A stretch of 64,000 nucleotides of DNA from Octopus bimaculoides (lineage: Eukaryota): NCBI RefSeq assembly GCF_001194135.2, contig NC_069005.1:19233359-19297358 (forward strand). Direction: 5' to 3'. Made by a program: the position numbers and the translations under genes. Shown in pieces: positions 37,820 to 51,648 of this stretch. Under the pieces are notes generated by a model that did not search any database, was not told the origin of the DNA, and saw only the letters and a program-made list of their open reading frames with translations. Within the stretch, counting starts at the first letter, position 1. Every line of letters starts with the position of its first letter.

Positions 37820-38319
37820 AATTTAAATAAGCAGAAAATGGAGAAAACTTTTGATCAACAATCAATCAAATTGACCAACATCGGTTGATTATTTTTTAAT
37901 ACAAAACATGGCCTAACATTTCTTATGGCTGTTTCCACTGCCAATGTTAGACTGTGCTTATGAAGAAATTCTGAAAATATTTGTCATCTTCATAGTACAT
38001 GGAGCTTCATCAGAGTGAAAAATGTATAAAATAAAATAAACGAAAGGAAGAGAAAAGAACAGGGCCTTGAGATGAGGCCAGAAGGCTCAATATATTAAAA
38101 GCATACCATCTTGCAGCATGAAGCTTAAGTTGATAGGCAAAAGAGTGAACTAGCAGTGATCTGGGAAAATATTTATGGTTTATCTCTAAATAAAGGGGAA
38201 CCAGGGTGTGTAAATAGTAGTGAAATGAAACTACTATTTACACACCCAAAATAATCAACAGATGTTGGTCAATTTGATTGTTGATCAAAAGTTTTCTCCA
38301 TTTTCTGCATATTCAAATT
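37820..38319. repeat. ~75-bp inverted repeats (37820-37895, 38248-38319) with an internal 17-bp perfect hairpin (38204-38247)
   Basis: Arms match except for a 4-nt indel and a few substitutions. Confidence 0.9.
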
Positions 38320-38399
38320 ATATATATATCTCATGGACTCTTCCGTCATTAGATGAGGGTTGGGTAATATCTTGCTGAACAGCCACACAGATGATTTGT

Positions 38400-38623
38400 T
38401 TATAGTGACACAAATGTTTGTGAACACATAAGCGCACTCCCTCCATCAAATTGACATTACCTGTACAGGTGCACCGTGTTCCGCTTGTCATGACAAAATG
38501 ATCGCAGAGCAACATAAAATGAAGTGCTTTGCTCAAGAACACAACGCAATGCCTGATCTGGGAATTGAAACCATGATTTCGCAACCTTGAGTGCAGCACC
38601 CTAACCACTAAGTCATGTGCTTT

Positions 38624-38701
<78 letters not shown>
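38400..38701 (-). mobile_element. tRNA-derived SINE fragment followed by (CA)n (38626-38701)
   Basis: tgaagtgctttgctcaagaacacaac core, also at 27030-27130. Confidence 0.7.
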
Positions 38702-38703
<2 letters not shown>

Positions 38704-39206
38704 GAAATCAATAAAAAGAGTACAGTGGTGCAGAGTGGAAAATTCAACGTTTCAAACAATCCTCCCTCTAGAGGGAAAAGTTGAAAGGAGAGAAATTGAG
38801 AGACAGCAGAGTTTTACATACTCTAAGTTTGTTGTGATAGTTTCTTCAAAAGAAGACCCTGTCCAAAGAAGCATTGACATTTGTGCCCTGCTACCACATG
38901 CAGATAGATTCAAATTAGAGAAACTCTTTGGCTCGGCTTGTTTAGTTGATAACAGGACTCATGTCCTACTTAACAGTGAAGAAAGTTAGTGGCAGGAAAG
39001 ACAGCCACTCATAAAACCAATTGCTCCAACAGCATGCACCGTTTTTTCTTTTTTTTTTTTTCTCTATAAACCACCCATCCTACCTACCCTTCCTACTGAC
39101 ATGGAACATGTTATGGGAAAACAGTTTAGCAAGAGAAATATTATAAAACAAATATATTTGGTTTATTTTTCATTCCTTAACCAAATGTGGCTTATTTGTT
39201 TTACAG

Positions 39207-39258
39207 TTGTTGTCTCGTGTGTAGCATGTACTCAGCTGTGGCAATCGTGTTTTTGTGT
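39207..39258 (+). CDS. Candidate small exon (CCLVCSMYSAVAIVFLC), phase 2 to 0
   Basis: ttgttttacag acceptor, gtgaat donor; bridges the phases of 36510-36647 and 43658-43706. Confidence 0.25.
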
Positions 39259-39399
39259 GTGAATATCCATTGACTGAAGACCTCTCACTGTCTCCAAATA
39301 AATACTGCTGTCCCCACTCTTACACCTCATCTTTTATATACAAGTCAAAGTGGTGCATTCTCCCTCTTTTGGTGGTCGAAGAAGGGGTGTGAGAAATGG

Positions 39400-39622
39400 C
39401 TACCCTTTTCATTACCATAATTTTATTGAAAAACACTGCCTTTGTTTTGAATTTAATTTCGAAAATAATGAATTTCATAAAATGATTTTGTCATTATTAA
39501 GCTGATGTTTGGAACATAGGTTAATGAAATATTTGGATGGACGTTTTTAGATCACTTTAGAACAAGAAATTTGTGTCATAAAACAAGGGATGATCTCATG
39601 CGAGTTGGTGTTAAAAGGGTTA
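39400..39622. mobile_element. piggyBac-like MITE (diverged)
   Basis: Ends aaaagggttaa; interior similar to 35641-35808. Confidence 0.55.
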
Positions 39623-40407
39623 AGGTTTTATTTGTTTGCATTTGTTTAATCTTCTCTGGGACAATTTTTCTTATATATGTACAGGTATGGCTCTGTGGCT
39701 AAGAAGTTTGCTTCCCAGCCCCATTGTTTCAGGGTCTGTTTCACTATATAGTACATTGGGTAAGTGTCTACTACTATGGCATTGGGCCAACTAAAGCCTT
39801 GTGAATGGATTTGGTAGATGGAAATTGAAAAGAAGACTAGTGTGTGTGCACATGTCTTTTTTACATTTGAATTTGTATCCATGAAAGTTGCAACCTTCGA
39901 GCAGTGTTGTTTTTGCCAATTCTCTTAAATAATCTACTCACTTCTCACATTTGAAAGCTATATGGAATAAGAGATCCTTTACTTTGAAAAACATAAAGGT
40001 TAGAGACAGGAAGAGCATCTAGCTGTCAAGCAATACTACAAGAAAATTTTCGTCTAACCCATTCTAGCATTAAATACGGATATAAATGAAAAATAAATTT
40101 GTGCATTCTGTATATTTATATACTTATACACATAATAGGTAAGACTTTAAAAAAGGTGTATAATAGATACATTGTGCTCAGACTTAAAAACCTAATGTAG
40201 AATAAAGGGAGGAGGAGTCCAGGCAATGTGCCAGTTGAGCTAGGAAAAGATGGACAGGCATTTGTAAATGATATCTAATCATTTATAAAATAATTATTTT
40301 AAAAATGATCCAATCCTATTTACAATTGCCTTTCCATCTTTATTTTTATTTATATATATATATAATATAATCATACATGTATATTTCTATATTATATACA
40401 TACATAC

Positions 40408-41268
40408 TGCGCTGAAAGTGTAGCTGCTAGAATAAGAATAGCCTGGGCAAAGTTTAGAGAGCTCTTACCTCTGCTGGCGACAAAGGGACTCTCACTCACA
40501 GTAAAAGGCAGACTGTATGACGCATGTGTACAAACAGCCATGCTACATGGCAGTGAAACATGGGCTGTGACTGCTGAGGACATGCGTAAGCTCACAAAGA
40601 ATGAAGCCAGTATGCTCCGCTGGATGTGTAATGTCAATGTGAATACCCGTCAGAGTGTAAGTATCTTGAGAGAAAAGCTGAACATAAGAAGCATCAGTTG
40701 TGGTGTGCAAGAGAGACGATTGCGCTGGTTTGGACATGTGGTGAGAATGAATGAGGATAGCTGCGTGAAAAAGTGCCACACCCTNNNNNNNNNNNNNNNN
40801 NNNNNNNNNNNNNNNNNNNNNNNNNNNNNNNNNNNNNNNNNNNNNNNNNNNNNNNNNNNNNNNNNNNNNNNNNNNNNNNNNNNNNNNNNNNNNNNNNNNN
40901 NNNNNNNNNNNNNNNNNNNNNNNNNNNNNNNNNNNNNNNNNNNNNNNNNNNNNNNNNNNNNNNNNNNNNNNNNNNNNNNNNNNNCTTTGTAGGGTTTTCG
41001 AGCGAGATCGTTGCCAGTGCCCCTGGACTGGCTCCTGTGCGGATGGCACATAAAAGACACCATTTCGAGCGTGGCCGTTTTCGTGCGGGTGACACGTAAA
41101 AGCACCCTCTACACTCTCTGAGTGGTTGACGTTAGGAAGGGCATCCAGCTGTAGAAACTCTGCCAAATTAGATTGGAGCCTGGTGTTGCCATCCGGTTTC
41201 ACCAGTCCTCAATCAAATCGTCCAACCCATGCTAGCATGGAAAGCGGACGTTAAACGATGATAATGAT
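40408..41268 (+). mobile_element. 5'-truncated RTE LINE with 7-bp TSD (spans an N-gap)
   Basis: RIAWAKFRELLPLL...LYDACV..AMLHGSETW ORF, 3' tail with (ATG)n; TSD tacatac at 40401-40407 and 41269-41275. Confidence 0.95.
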
Positions 41269-41272
41269 TACA

Positions 41273-42111
41273 TACAAGTGTCGGCTGAAAAGTTCATAGG
41301 CTGACTAGATAGCTTTTCGTACCTGCTTCAGTAAGTTGGCTCTCCTTGGTGTAGCCCTTTTGAAGATAGTCAATAAATGCAATGCCTTTTGCATCCCAAA
41401 AAAATTGAGACCATCACCTTCCCTGCTTATGAAATGACCTTGGACTTCTTCGGAGTTGGTGAGGAGGGGTATTTCCACTGCATGGATTGTTTCTTTGTCT
41501 CTGGCTCAAAGTGATGGACCCAGCACTCGTCCTGGCTCAAGAAACATTCAAGGAAACCAACTTGATCTGCCTCAATCAGATTTTATCATGATGTAATCAG
41601 CTTGATCTGCTTTTGATTAAGTGTCAAAAGATGTTCATTGTGCAGAGTATTCTCAACACTTTCACAGGATATTCTAATAGCATTGGCTATTTGATTTAGT
41701 CGATTACCTGTTATTCATCAGCATGTGGTAAATTTGAACAATTTTTTCCATGATGGTGGCAATTTGCAGTAGGATATCCAGATGTTGAGTCATCTACAAG
41801 ACTCTCCCTTCCTAAATTCATCTGCCCACATTAGCACTGTTGATAAAGCTGGAGTGTCATCCACTAATGTATCAGCATGAATGCCATTGAAGGCTAAACC
41901 TTTTTCTGTAGCTACTTGACAAGACGATGCCAAATTTTATCCGTTTTCAAGTTACTTTTGAAGTCTTCTCTGAACACTCAAATGTCAGTTTACCTGGAAA
42001 GAAAAATGTAGTTATTAAGAAGAGTTGAGGTTAATGTAAACATGCAAAATTTAACAGCTCTAGCATCCCTCCTTCATAGTTAGCCTATGATCTTTTCAAC
42101 CCACTCTCATA
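41273..42111 (-). mobile_element. Internally deleted mariner (Tc1/mariner) transposon
   Basis: ~34-bp TIRs with TA ends; mutated start ACG-DKIWHR at 41944; DECWVHHFEPETKKQSMQWK...KVMVS; C-terminal catalytic half missing. Confidence 0.9.
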
Positions 42112-42597
42112 TATGTGTTTATATATGTATTCATATATTATGTATTTTCATATGTGTATATTGTGCTTATATCATCATTCTAATGTCCACTATTCCACAA
42201 TTGCTTGGGTCAGAAGGAATTCATTGAGGTAGATTTCCTACAGCTGGATGCCCTACCTGTAGCCAACCCTTACCTGTTCCCAAGCAAGGTAATATTTCAT
42301 CTTGGCCAGGCACTGGAAATGAACAGCAGCTTGTATCAGTGTATATAGAAAGTGTGGGTGTATATTTATTTTGTCATTAGATTGTGGCCATACTTGGCCA
42401 CCATCTTAAAGAATTTTTTGGTCGCATGAATTGACTACATTTTATATATATATGACAGAGAAATAACACACACACATGAGAAAACCTGTGTAGGTGACGT
42501 ACGTGATGTAACACTGCACTACTCTTCCCCAGTAAACTCAGGCTACAGCAGGAACGTCTGTAAATGTTGCCCTGCTATATTACTACTGATTTCTTTG

Positions 42598-42628
<31 letters not shown>

Positions 42629-43657
42629 NNNNNNNNNNNNNNNNNNNNNNNNNNNNNNNNNNNNNNNNNNNNNNNNNNNNNNNNNNNNNNNNNNNNNNNN
42701 NNNNNNNNNNNNNNNNNNNNNNNNNNNNNNNNNNNNNNNNNNNNNNNNNNNNNNNNNNNNNNNNNNNNNNNNNNNNNNNNNNNNNNNNNNNNNNNNNNNN
42801 NNNNNNNNNNNNNNNNNNNNNNNNNNNNNNNNNNNNNNNNNNNNNNNNNNNNNNNNNNNNNNNNNNNNNNNNNNNNNNNNNNNNNNNNNNNNNNNNNNNN
42901 NNNNNNNNNNNNNNNNNNNNNNNNNNNNNNNNNNNNNNNNNNNNNNNNNNNNNNNNNNNNNNNNNNNNNNNNNNNNNNNNNNNNNNNNNNNNNNNNNNNN
43001 NNNNNNNNNNNNNNNNNNNNNNNNNNNNNNNNNNNNNNNNNNNNNNNNNNNNNNNNNNNNNNNNNNNNNNNNCTTATTTTAATTATTTATATTTATTATA
43101 TTAATACCACAATGGAGGGGTAAGTTCTCTACAAAGCTAGTCAAACAACCTGGTCTCATTTGCCATTGCACACACACACATTACTAGGAAAGGCATAAAC
43201 ATTTGACTCCTCACTCACATCAGTTCCCCCACCCTTCCTCTATGAATCCGGGTGGCGGGGTTGAAACCATATAAAACAAAATGAACCAAAAACAAAAAAA
43301 AGACAAATTTATCCAGATTTCTTTGTGTGTGTGTGTGTGTGTGTGTGTGTGGTGGTGGAGGGTGCAGAATGAAGCTGTGGGAAATTTTGTCTGATGTAAG
43401 TAAAGGAAATGGTCCCAGCTGGGAATCCAAACGGGGCCATAGTTTTCAGTAGGCTGAGAACTAAGTGCCATTCTATGATGTAAAAGTTTCTACTGGCTGC
43501 ATTGTTAGTGACAGAATAATCTTGTAAATAATATTAATAATGGTTTAGTCTAATACAGTACTATTGTCACTTTTTAGAATTTATTTTATACACACACACA
43601 CACACACACATACACATATATATATATATATAAACGTTTATGAATTTGTTTTGCAAG

Positions 43658-43706
43658 ATTCCTGATGTGAAATCGTGTGTTGAAACTGATATTATATTTT
43701 GGGACA
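43658..43706 (+). CDS. Candidate exon (IPDVKSCVETDIIFWD), phase 0 to 1
   Basis: ttgttttgcaag acceptor, A|gtaatt donor; joins in frame to the large exon (A|AT = Asn). Confidence 0.5.
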
Positions 43707-45090
43707 GTAATTTTCTTTTTTTCTTGCCAAATAAACATGCACACTATATAATTCATCCTTCACTTGTTTATTATTGTTCTTATTTTATATTAAGTCCATT
43801 GTCTGGAAATCTTTCATCACACATCTGTGACCACTTGAGAGTAACCCTTCCATCCATGTGTTTCCTCCTGTTCTTTTTAGTTCATTCTATCTCTATGACG
43901 TGTATCCTTATCTGCACATGTCTGTGCTTGTATCTGTATGTGTGTGTATGTGCATGTGTCTCTTGTGTGTGTGTGTGTGTGTATATACATGGGTTTATGT
44001 ATTATACTGTTTGTGTCTGTGCCTTTTGTTTTGTTCTGTCTTTCGTCGTGTGTTATCAATGTGACGTTCTCATTTTCAAGTTTATCTCAATAGATTTTCT
44101 TTAGAATTCAGAGCCAGTACTGCATGTTACAATGTTTCATATATGAATACATTTATATAAGCAATGCAATTGTCATATACGAGACATAACTAGCAGTACT
44201 GGCTCTGGATTCCTGGGGAAATATCACAACAAAAGGGTTATTGTGTTTAATGATATTGTAGGTGTGCTCTAATTTTAACAGTGCATATTCAAGAAGAAAA
44301 CTTTTTTGCGTTGTGTATAAAAGCATGCAATATTTAAAGCAATCTAGCTGTAACATTGCAAGACATTCACCAAAGTATCTTGACTAAGGCATAAAATGGC
44401 TCTCATCATTTAACATCCATCTTCCATGCTGGCATGGGTTGGGTAGCTTGACAGGAGCTAGCAGGCCAGAAGACTGCACCAGGCTTCACTGTCTCTTTTG
44501 GCATGGTTTTAGTTTGAAATTAGGGTATAGTAGTGTCAGGGTTAAAATCAGCTTATGGGAGGCCCAACTTCGTGTATATGGGGTGATTTAAGAAAGATTT
44601 AATTTTTATCTGGCATGTATTTTGACATGAAAATAATCAAGCAAGATGTGGGGGTCAAACTGTTGTCCCTTCTATGGAGCATCTACAGGGATGCCTATTA
44701 AATGTATTGTAAAGCTCCAAACTTAGGGTTTACTTTTTTACCCTATAGCAATGTATCAAAGGTGAACCCGCTACAGATGACAGATCACAATATAGCCATG
44801 TCTGAAAATGCATGTAAAGCTTGTAATTTAATTGTAATTTTAAAAATTTCATTGAAATGGTATCATGTCCCAAAATCTCTGGATATTATTTAGTTCTATG
44901 CCTACTACAAATATGCCAAAACTTGAGCCTCTCTGGCTTGTACTTTGGGATTTAGTTTGGTCTCAAATCATATGGAAAGCTTATGCTTGCATTGTGGAAT
45001 TGACTTGTTACATGCAACAAAATAGGCTTTACATAAATGGTATAAATTGCCCCCAAAAAGTTTCATTTTCAAGAACCTGAAAAAAAATAG

Positions 45091-45264
45091 GTGCAGGCAT
45101 GGCTGTGTGGTAAGAAGCTTGCTTCTCAACCACATGATTCCATGTTCAATCCCAATTTTAGGCATCTTGGGCTAGTATCTTCTACTATACCTTCAGGCTG
45201 ACCAAAGCCTTGTGAATGGATTTGGTAGACGGAAACTGGAAGAAGCCCGTTGTGTGTTTGTGTG

Positions 45265-45311
<47 letters not shown>

Positions 45312-45830
45312 NNNNNNNNNNNNNNNNNNNNNNNNNNNNNNNNNNNNNNNNNNNNNNNNNNNNNNNNNNNNNNNNNNNNNNNNNNNNNNNNNNNNNNNNN
45401 NNNNNNNNNNNNNNNNNNNNNNNNNNNNNNNNNNNNNNNNNNNNNNNNNNNNNNNNNNNNNNNNNNTAAAAATAAGAAATAAGTGGAAATTTTAACGGTG
45501 AGTGTGTTAAATTTCAAGGCACAATAAGAAAATGACTCTCCCCAGACACAACAGAATATGCTTCAACACACGAAATCACATAAAAAATCCTGCAAACCAA
45601 ATCCAAAAATGGTGTGTGTGTGTGTGTATTTGTCCCCCTGCCATCACTTGACAACCAGTACTGGTGTGTTTCTGTCCTTGTAACTTAGCAGTTCAGCAAA
45701 AGACTCTGATCGAATAAGTACTAGGCTTACAAAGAATAAGTCCTGGGGTCAATTTCTTCAACTAACACTCTTTAGGGTGGTGCTGCAGCATGGCCGCAGT
45801 CAAATGACTGAAACGAGTAAAAGAATAAAA
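45091..45830 (+). mobile_element. Full-length SINE family A (internal (TA)n plus gap)
   Basis: Well-preserved head and tail. Confidence 0.85.
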
Positions 45831-47961
45831 GGGCTCCTATCCCATGGACACTATTAATTTGTGTAATTTGAAGATGATTATCTCATTATTTATTTCGGCC
45901 TAATTAGGAAAGATTTCAACCAATTCACTGACTATTCAACTTGTCATATTTCCTAAAATATTCATAACAAATTTCATAAATGAAGTATCAAAATGTTTCT
46001 TTTTGGATTCTCTCCAAGAAAAAGTATAGTAGAAGCTAGATTTAAATATTTTCAAAACTTCATAGTGATACCTACTGTTGTTGAGAATAACAATTCCATG
46101 AGCTGTTCCAATCTTCCCTTTTAGCATTATTATCACTTTAACCCTTTCATACCTACCACATGACATCACCTTATCTAGATTATGACTTTCCATCAGAATT
46201 CCATGTGAATTTATGTTCCAACACCAGCATTAACCACAATTATTTTACTAAATTAAAAAATCAGTGAAAGAAAGGTGGTGTATTTCAATAGAAATATGGT
46301 AATGAATGAGTTAAAAAGCATCAGGGGTTACATGGAAAGTGCTGTGAGTTCTACTAGTTAGGCTGATAAAACAAAGCAATAACAGCATTTTAAAGCTTTT
46401 AATGTATTTTACAATTCTATTTGTAAAAAATTCTGATGCTTTATCAATCACTGCCAAAATTATTTAATCAAATATATGCTGAAAATATTGGGCCTACAGA
46501 TATATAGATTTAATATAGACAAACCATTTTTGACTTGATTTTGTATCAAGAGGAAACTTTGTTGTTTTTTACCCGTAAGTCAGTTGACCGTGATCAATTA
46601 AACCCTTGATTAAATGATTCTAGCAGTGACCTTCCAGCTATTTATCCCCTGAGTATAATGTACCTGGACTACATTATCCAGTGTCCTTCCATTTTTTTTT
46701 TTTTAATTTTTTTTTTTATGTAAGATGATAGGTTGGTATGCACTGGAGATGTGGCTGCTGTTTCTAGCTGGTGAGTGATTGCTTAGAGGCTTTCTTGTTA
46801 GCTCGTATTGAAGAATGTTGTTCTTGAAATGAGAAAGCTTTCAAGAATGTCTGCATTATTCATCAGACATATTAATATCATCTCTCATAAATAAAAGCAG
46901 TTAAATGGCAGACAAAACGCTTTGCTGTATTTAGTTACATACTTTTGTGTCTGAGTTTAAATAATTTCAAAGTGGTTGGCATTGTCTTTTGTCCTTCCAA
47001 GGTCAATAAAATAACTCCAGCCAAGTTCAGGGATCTATTAAAAGTAACTGAAGCCCTGTTCCCTACCTTCCTACAAATTTTATGCTCTTGTACTTATGGT
47101 GCCATTTAATCTTCTGATCAAACTAAAAAAGTTGTTAGAATTGGTTTTCCAAATTACTAATTGTTTCTGTTTGTTGTAACTTCCTAAGCAGAAGTGTTAC
47201 CACAGATTGTCAAGAAGCGGAGGGAGACAAAACACACACGCTCATGTACATAGATAGGATGGGCTTCCTCACAGTTTCTGCCCACCAAATTCACTCATGG
47301 GCAGTTGTTGGTCTAGGGCTATAGTAGAGGGCACCTAACATGCTGCACAGTGGAACTGAACCCAAAACCGCATGGTTACAAAATGAGCTTATTGACCACA
47401 CATCCATTGGCCCAGTCCCTAGTTCACACTATTGCTGACAGTGAAATTGACAAGGGAGTATCTTAGCCTGATGTTATAACTTTGGTTATAAAGCACCATA
47501 TTAGGGGCAGGGTGTCTCCCCTTAAATTTTTTTTTCTTTTCTGTTAATGTTTCATACCAATATGAATTACGAAGGTATGCAAATATTTCTTCAATCCTTT
47601 TGTGTGGAAGCCCATCGTGTGTGTGTGTGTCTATGTTTGTTTGTCCCCCCCCCCCATACACACACACCTTGTGTCCCCTGTAACTTAGCAGTTCAGCAAT
47701 GGAGGTGGATAGAATAAGTACCAGGCTGTAAAATAAATACTAAGGTTGATTTGTTCAGCTAAAACCTTTCAAAGCAGTACTCCAGCATGGCCACATTCTA
47801 ATGGCTGAAACTAGTGAAAAAGTAAGAGCGCCTACGTGAGACCACCTGGTTTCTATGGTACAAATTTCCTGCTTTTAAAGTTATCTAAATTAAGACCTTC
47901 CATCTAAATTTCTTAATTTATGTTCCAAATATGAAATCAGTAGTGAGTCATTGTACTAAAT

Positions 47962-48200
47962 TGATCATCATCATCCGTTTTCCATGCTGGCATGGGTTGG
48001 ATGGTTTGACAATGGAGCTGGCCAGCTGGGAACTGCCCAGACTCTAATTTTCTGTTGTGGCATGGTTTCTACAGCTGGATGCCCTTCCTGACACCAACCA
48101 CTTGTGTGTGCTGGGTGCTTTTTACATATCACTAACATGGATGTGTTTATATAGTACTGGCACATTTGCTTTTTACATGGCACCAGCACCTGAAAAGACA
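47962..48200 (-). mobile_element. RTE 3' tail/UTR
   Basis: Homologous to 41110-41268. Confidence 0.75.
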
Positions 48201-49217
48201 TTCCTGTATGTATGGAAAGCAATGATTTTACTTAGCTTGATGTGTCTTCTCAAGTACAGCAAGGTCCAGCATCCAAAGATCCTTCCTAGGTCTATCCATT
48301 TAAGGGTGAAAACTGCATATTCAACTGGTTTATTATGCTAAAGCCACTACAGACATTCTTCTTTGGTGCGAGATGTAGTTGGGCATGCTGGAGTATTCTA
48401 ATTTTTAACCTCACTCAATCAAATGAAATTCAACCATGTTTTTTGTAGCCCTGGATCAGATCAGATCAAGTAGCTTTGGCTTGAACCAATGAAGGAACTT
48501 CTATGCTGTAGCCTGACCTGCTAAAATGGGCAACAACTAACCCTTAAAATTTAACTCTACCATCTCAAAAGTAAATGAATATACTGAGTAATGTAGTCTT
48601 AAATGTTTTTTAGAAAATATGGAATAGGCATTTGATTGTAAGTTCCATTCACTGAAACATTCCAACTTCAATCTTGTCTTGGTAATGTATTGGAAAATAG
48701 GTAAGCTGGTGGCATTGTTTAACGGGAGATAGGTGGTGGTGGTAATGGTGGCTGTTTGCCATCCTATTAATAGTAGAGCTGACTGCTGCACTCTTACAGG
48801 TCTTTTTGACATAGCTATGAGCAAATGAGGCAGCTTCTATGTGGCCACTTAATCTGCTGGAAATAATAGTAAATTTTTTCTAAAACCAACACCTTATCTT
48901 AAACACACACATTAAAGTAATTTGGGGTAGCCTATACCCAGAGCAGGGGAAAACAGGATGGTCAGGACAAAAATTCTTTTTGTCATAAGTCTGCTTGATG
49001 GTGGCTGACCTGGGGCTACACAACATGAGAAATGAAATGTTCATGCAGTAACATGATAGTTTGTGTATAAGCAACAGGTGTTAACTGCCAGTTGTGTAAA
49101 CACCACTTGAGAATGTTTTAATTCTCCCTCCTGTCCTTTGAGGTAATTCTGTTTTGGACTGCACTGTGCTTTTTGATAACAGTGCCTGTCACTATAACTT
49201 CACCTATTTAGATTAGA

Positions 49218-49257
<40 letters not shown>

Positions 49258-50279
49258 CATTTAATGTGCCTTTTTTCATAGCCTGGTTGACAGTTCCTAA
49301 TGTTGACCGTGTCAGAGGGCATCCTAATGCCAACCACTTCAGTGTACTGGGTGCTTTTTGTCTTGACACCAGCACCAGTGAGGTCACCAAGTACCCACAA
49401 CAAAAGACCCCCTCAACTGTATTGAGGAATATGAAGGTATGATAAAGGGATGGGATAGCAGCTATCTTGCAGAAGAAATGAACAAATGGTTTCTCCATCT
49501 GGAAAGAGAGAGAGGTGTGAGGTCAAGCTATAAGGTGACTATGAGAGGGAAAGTACAATAGAGGTGGGTGTGTGGTTGAAAAATTTGCTTCCCAGTCACA
49601 CTGTGGTACCTTTGATGTCTACTACTATAGCCCAGGCCAACCAGGCCTTGTGAATGAATGTAACGGGCAGAGACTAGAAGACCGTCGTTTGTGTATGTAT
49701 GGTTGTGTGTGTGTTTTTATATCTGCTACTTGTATGAAAAATGCTGCAGGTGGTATTCTTGTTTGTCCTGTCTGACAAATCGTCGGGACATTTTGTGACT
49801 TTGAACCATGTAGAATAAATGATCCCTTGATTCTTTTTTGAGAAACAGATGAAGGTTAGTATCAGGAAGGATATCTGGCTGAAAAGTGATGCCTCAAATA
49901 ACATAGCTGTCCAGTCCATGCAAACAAGGAAACATGGGCATAGAGCAAATGGACAAATATGTGTGTGCGTGTGTGTATGTAAACGGTTGATCATTTCTCT
50001 TGCTTTTAGAGAAGGTGGTGAGGAAAAATGCAATTGGGATATTGATTATCCAGGGCAGTAACAGAAGTGAACTAGATGCATCTGGGAGTGGACACTAGGT
50101 CATAGGAACTATTTACCAAACACTGAATTTGCTAATTAATATCATTCAATTTATTTGTAGAGAATTCTAAAACGGGGAGGGGGGATTTCTGTTCAATAGT
50201 TTGTCATTAGTTGCTGTTATAGCCTCCTGGTTAGCTCTGATGTAGTGGACCTACATACATTCATGTGTGTTTGAGTACA

Positions 50280-50760
50280 CACAGTTTCCATTCCATCTAC
50301 CAAATTCATTTACCAAGCATTGGTTGGCTTTGTGACTATTGTTGAAGACACTTAGCCAAAATGCCATGCAATAGGACTGAAGGTGAAACCATATGGTTGC
50401 CAAGCAAACTTCTTAACCACACAGCCAAATGTGCACCCTTGTATTTTTTGTTAATAAGCACAGGCATGGCTGTATGGTTGCATGGCATTTTAGACGAGTT
50501 GTCTTCTATAACCCCAAGTCAACCAAAACCTTGTAAGGGAATTTGGTTGACAGAAACTGGAAACTCATTGTATGTATATTAGTGAGTGTTTGTGTTTGCC
50601 ACCCTATTACTGCTAGACACCTAATGCTGCTTTATTTTACATCACTGTGACTTGGTAGTGCAACAGAAGAGATTAATACAATAAATACCAGACCTAAATA
50701 CTGGCTGGGTTGGTTTGATTAAAACCTTTCAAGGCAGTGCCCCAGCATGATGTGACTTCA
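50280..50760. mobile_element. Head-to-head SINE family A pair (- 50280-50430; + 50456-50760)
   Basis: Family A head/core on opposite strands ~25 nt apart. Confidence 0.75.
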
Positions 50761-51117
50761 AAGAAATTCAACTGTTAGTTCTTGCTGGTCAACCAGCTGC
50801 TTGGATGCTTCATTCAGTATTTGCTAGGTCTGAGCCTACAAAGGGAGATTACCAATGCAAGATTTTTGTTTTATTGATTTCATATTTCAATGTATTGATT
50901 TCTTTGCAGTAAATTCCTCTTTCTGCTAGTTCTGGAAATATCTCACATTTGTGAACAATGATAATTTCACGTTGATCATGCTACTTACAAAACTGCAGTT
51001 TTAATAAGGGAGATTTTTGAGTTTTTTGTTATTCTTTAAAAAAAAATTTACTTGAGCTTTTACTGATATACAGGGAGATCTGTGTAAAGGGTTTTATTGT
51101 TTTTATACAGACGCACA

Positions 51118-51441
51118 CACAGCTTAGCTGTGTGGTTTAAAAGCTTGCTCTTTAACTGTGTGGCTTCAGGTTCTGATCCATTGCAAGCCCCCTAGCAAGT
51201 GTCTTCTACTGTAACTCTGGGTCAACCAATACATTGTGAGTGAATTTGGTAGATGGAAACTGCATGGAAGCCATTTGTGTGTTTGTTCCACCACCACTGC
51301 TTGTATTTGTTTATGTCCTTGTAACTTTGCAATTCAGCAAAGGAGTTCAATAGAATAAGTACCAGTTAAAAAAAAAATGCACTTGATATGTTTGACTAAA
51401 TTCTTCAAGGTGGTGCTCCAGCATGGTCACAGTCTAATGGC
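51118..51441 (+). mobile_element. SINE family A
   Basis: Head, core and tail present. Confidence 0.8.
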
Positions 51442-51648
51442 TGGTTATTTTCACCACTTTGTTGTGTCCATCTTCCCAGGCCCTGCACCATCCACTATAT
51501 CTTGTCCATTCTCCACAGAACATCAATTTTTTGGAATTCCTTCCCTGCTCATGGACATTGACTTTCAATGTTTTGATTGTTTGTTTGGATAATACTGTTT
51601 TACATATACTCATTACACTGGTTTGGTAGGATTTGACAGAGACTTGGC

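Noticed and set aside
42564-43104. ORFs spanning N-gaps (also 21435, 40543-41202, 45185-45517)
   Set aside because: Their length comes from Ns; only the RTE-derived parts are real.
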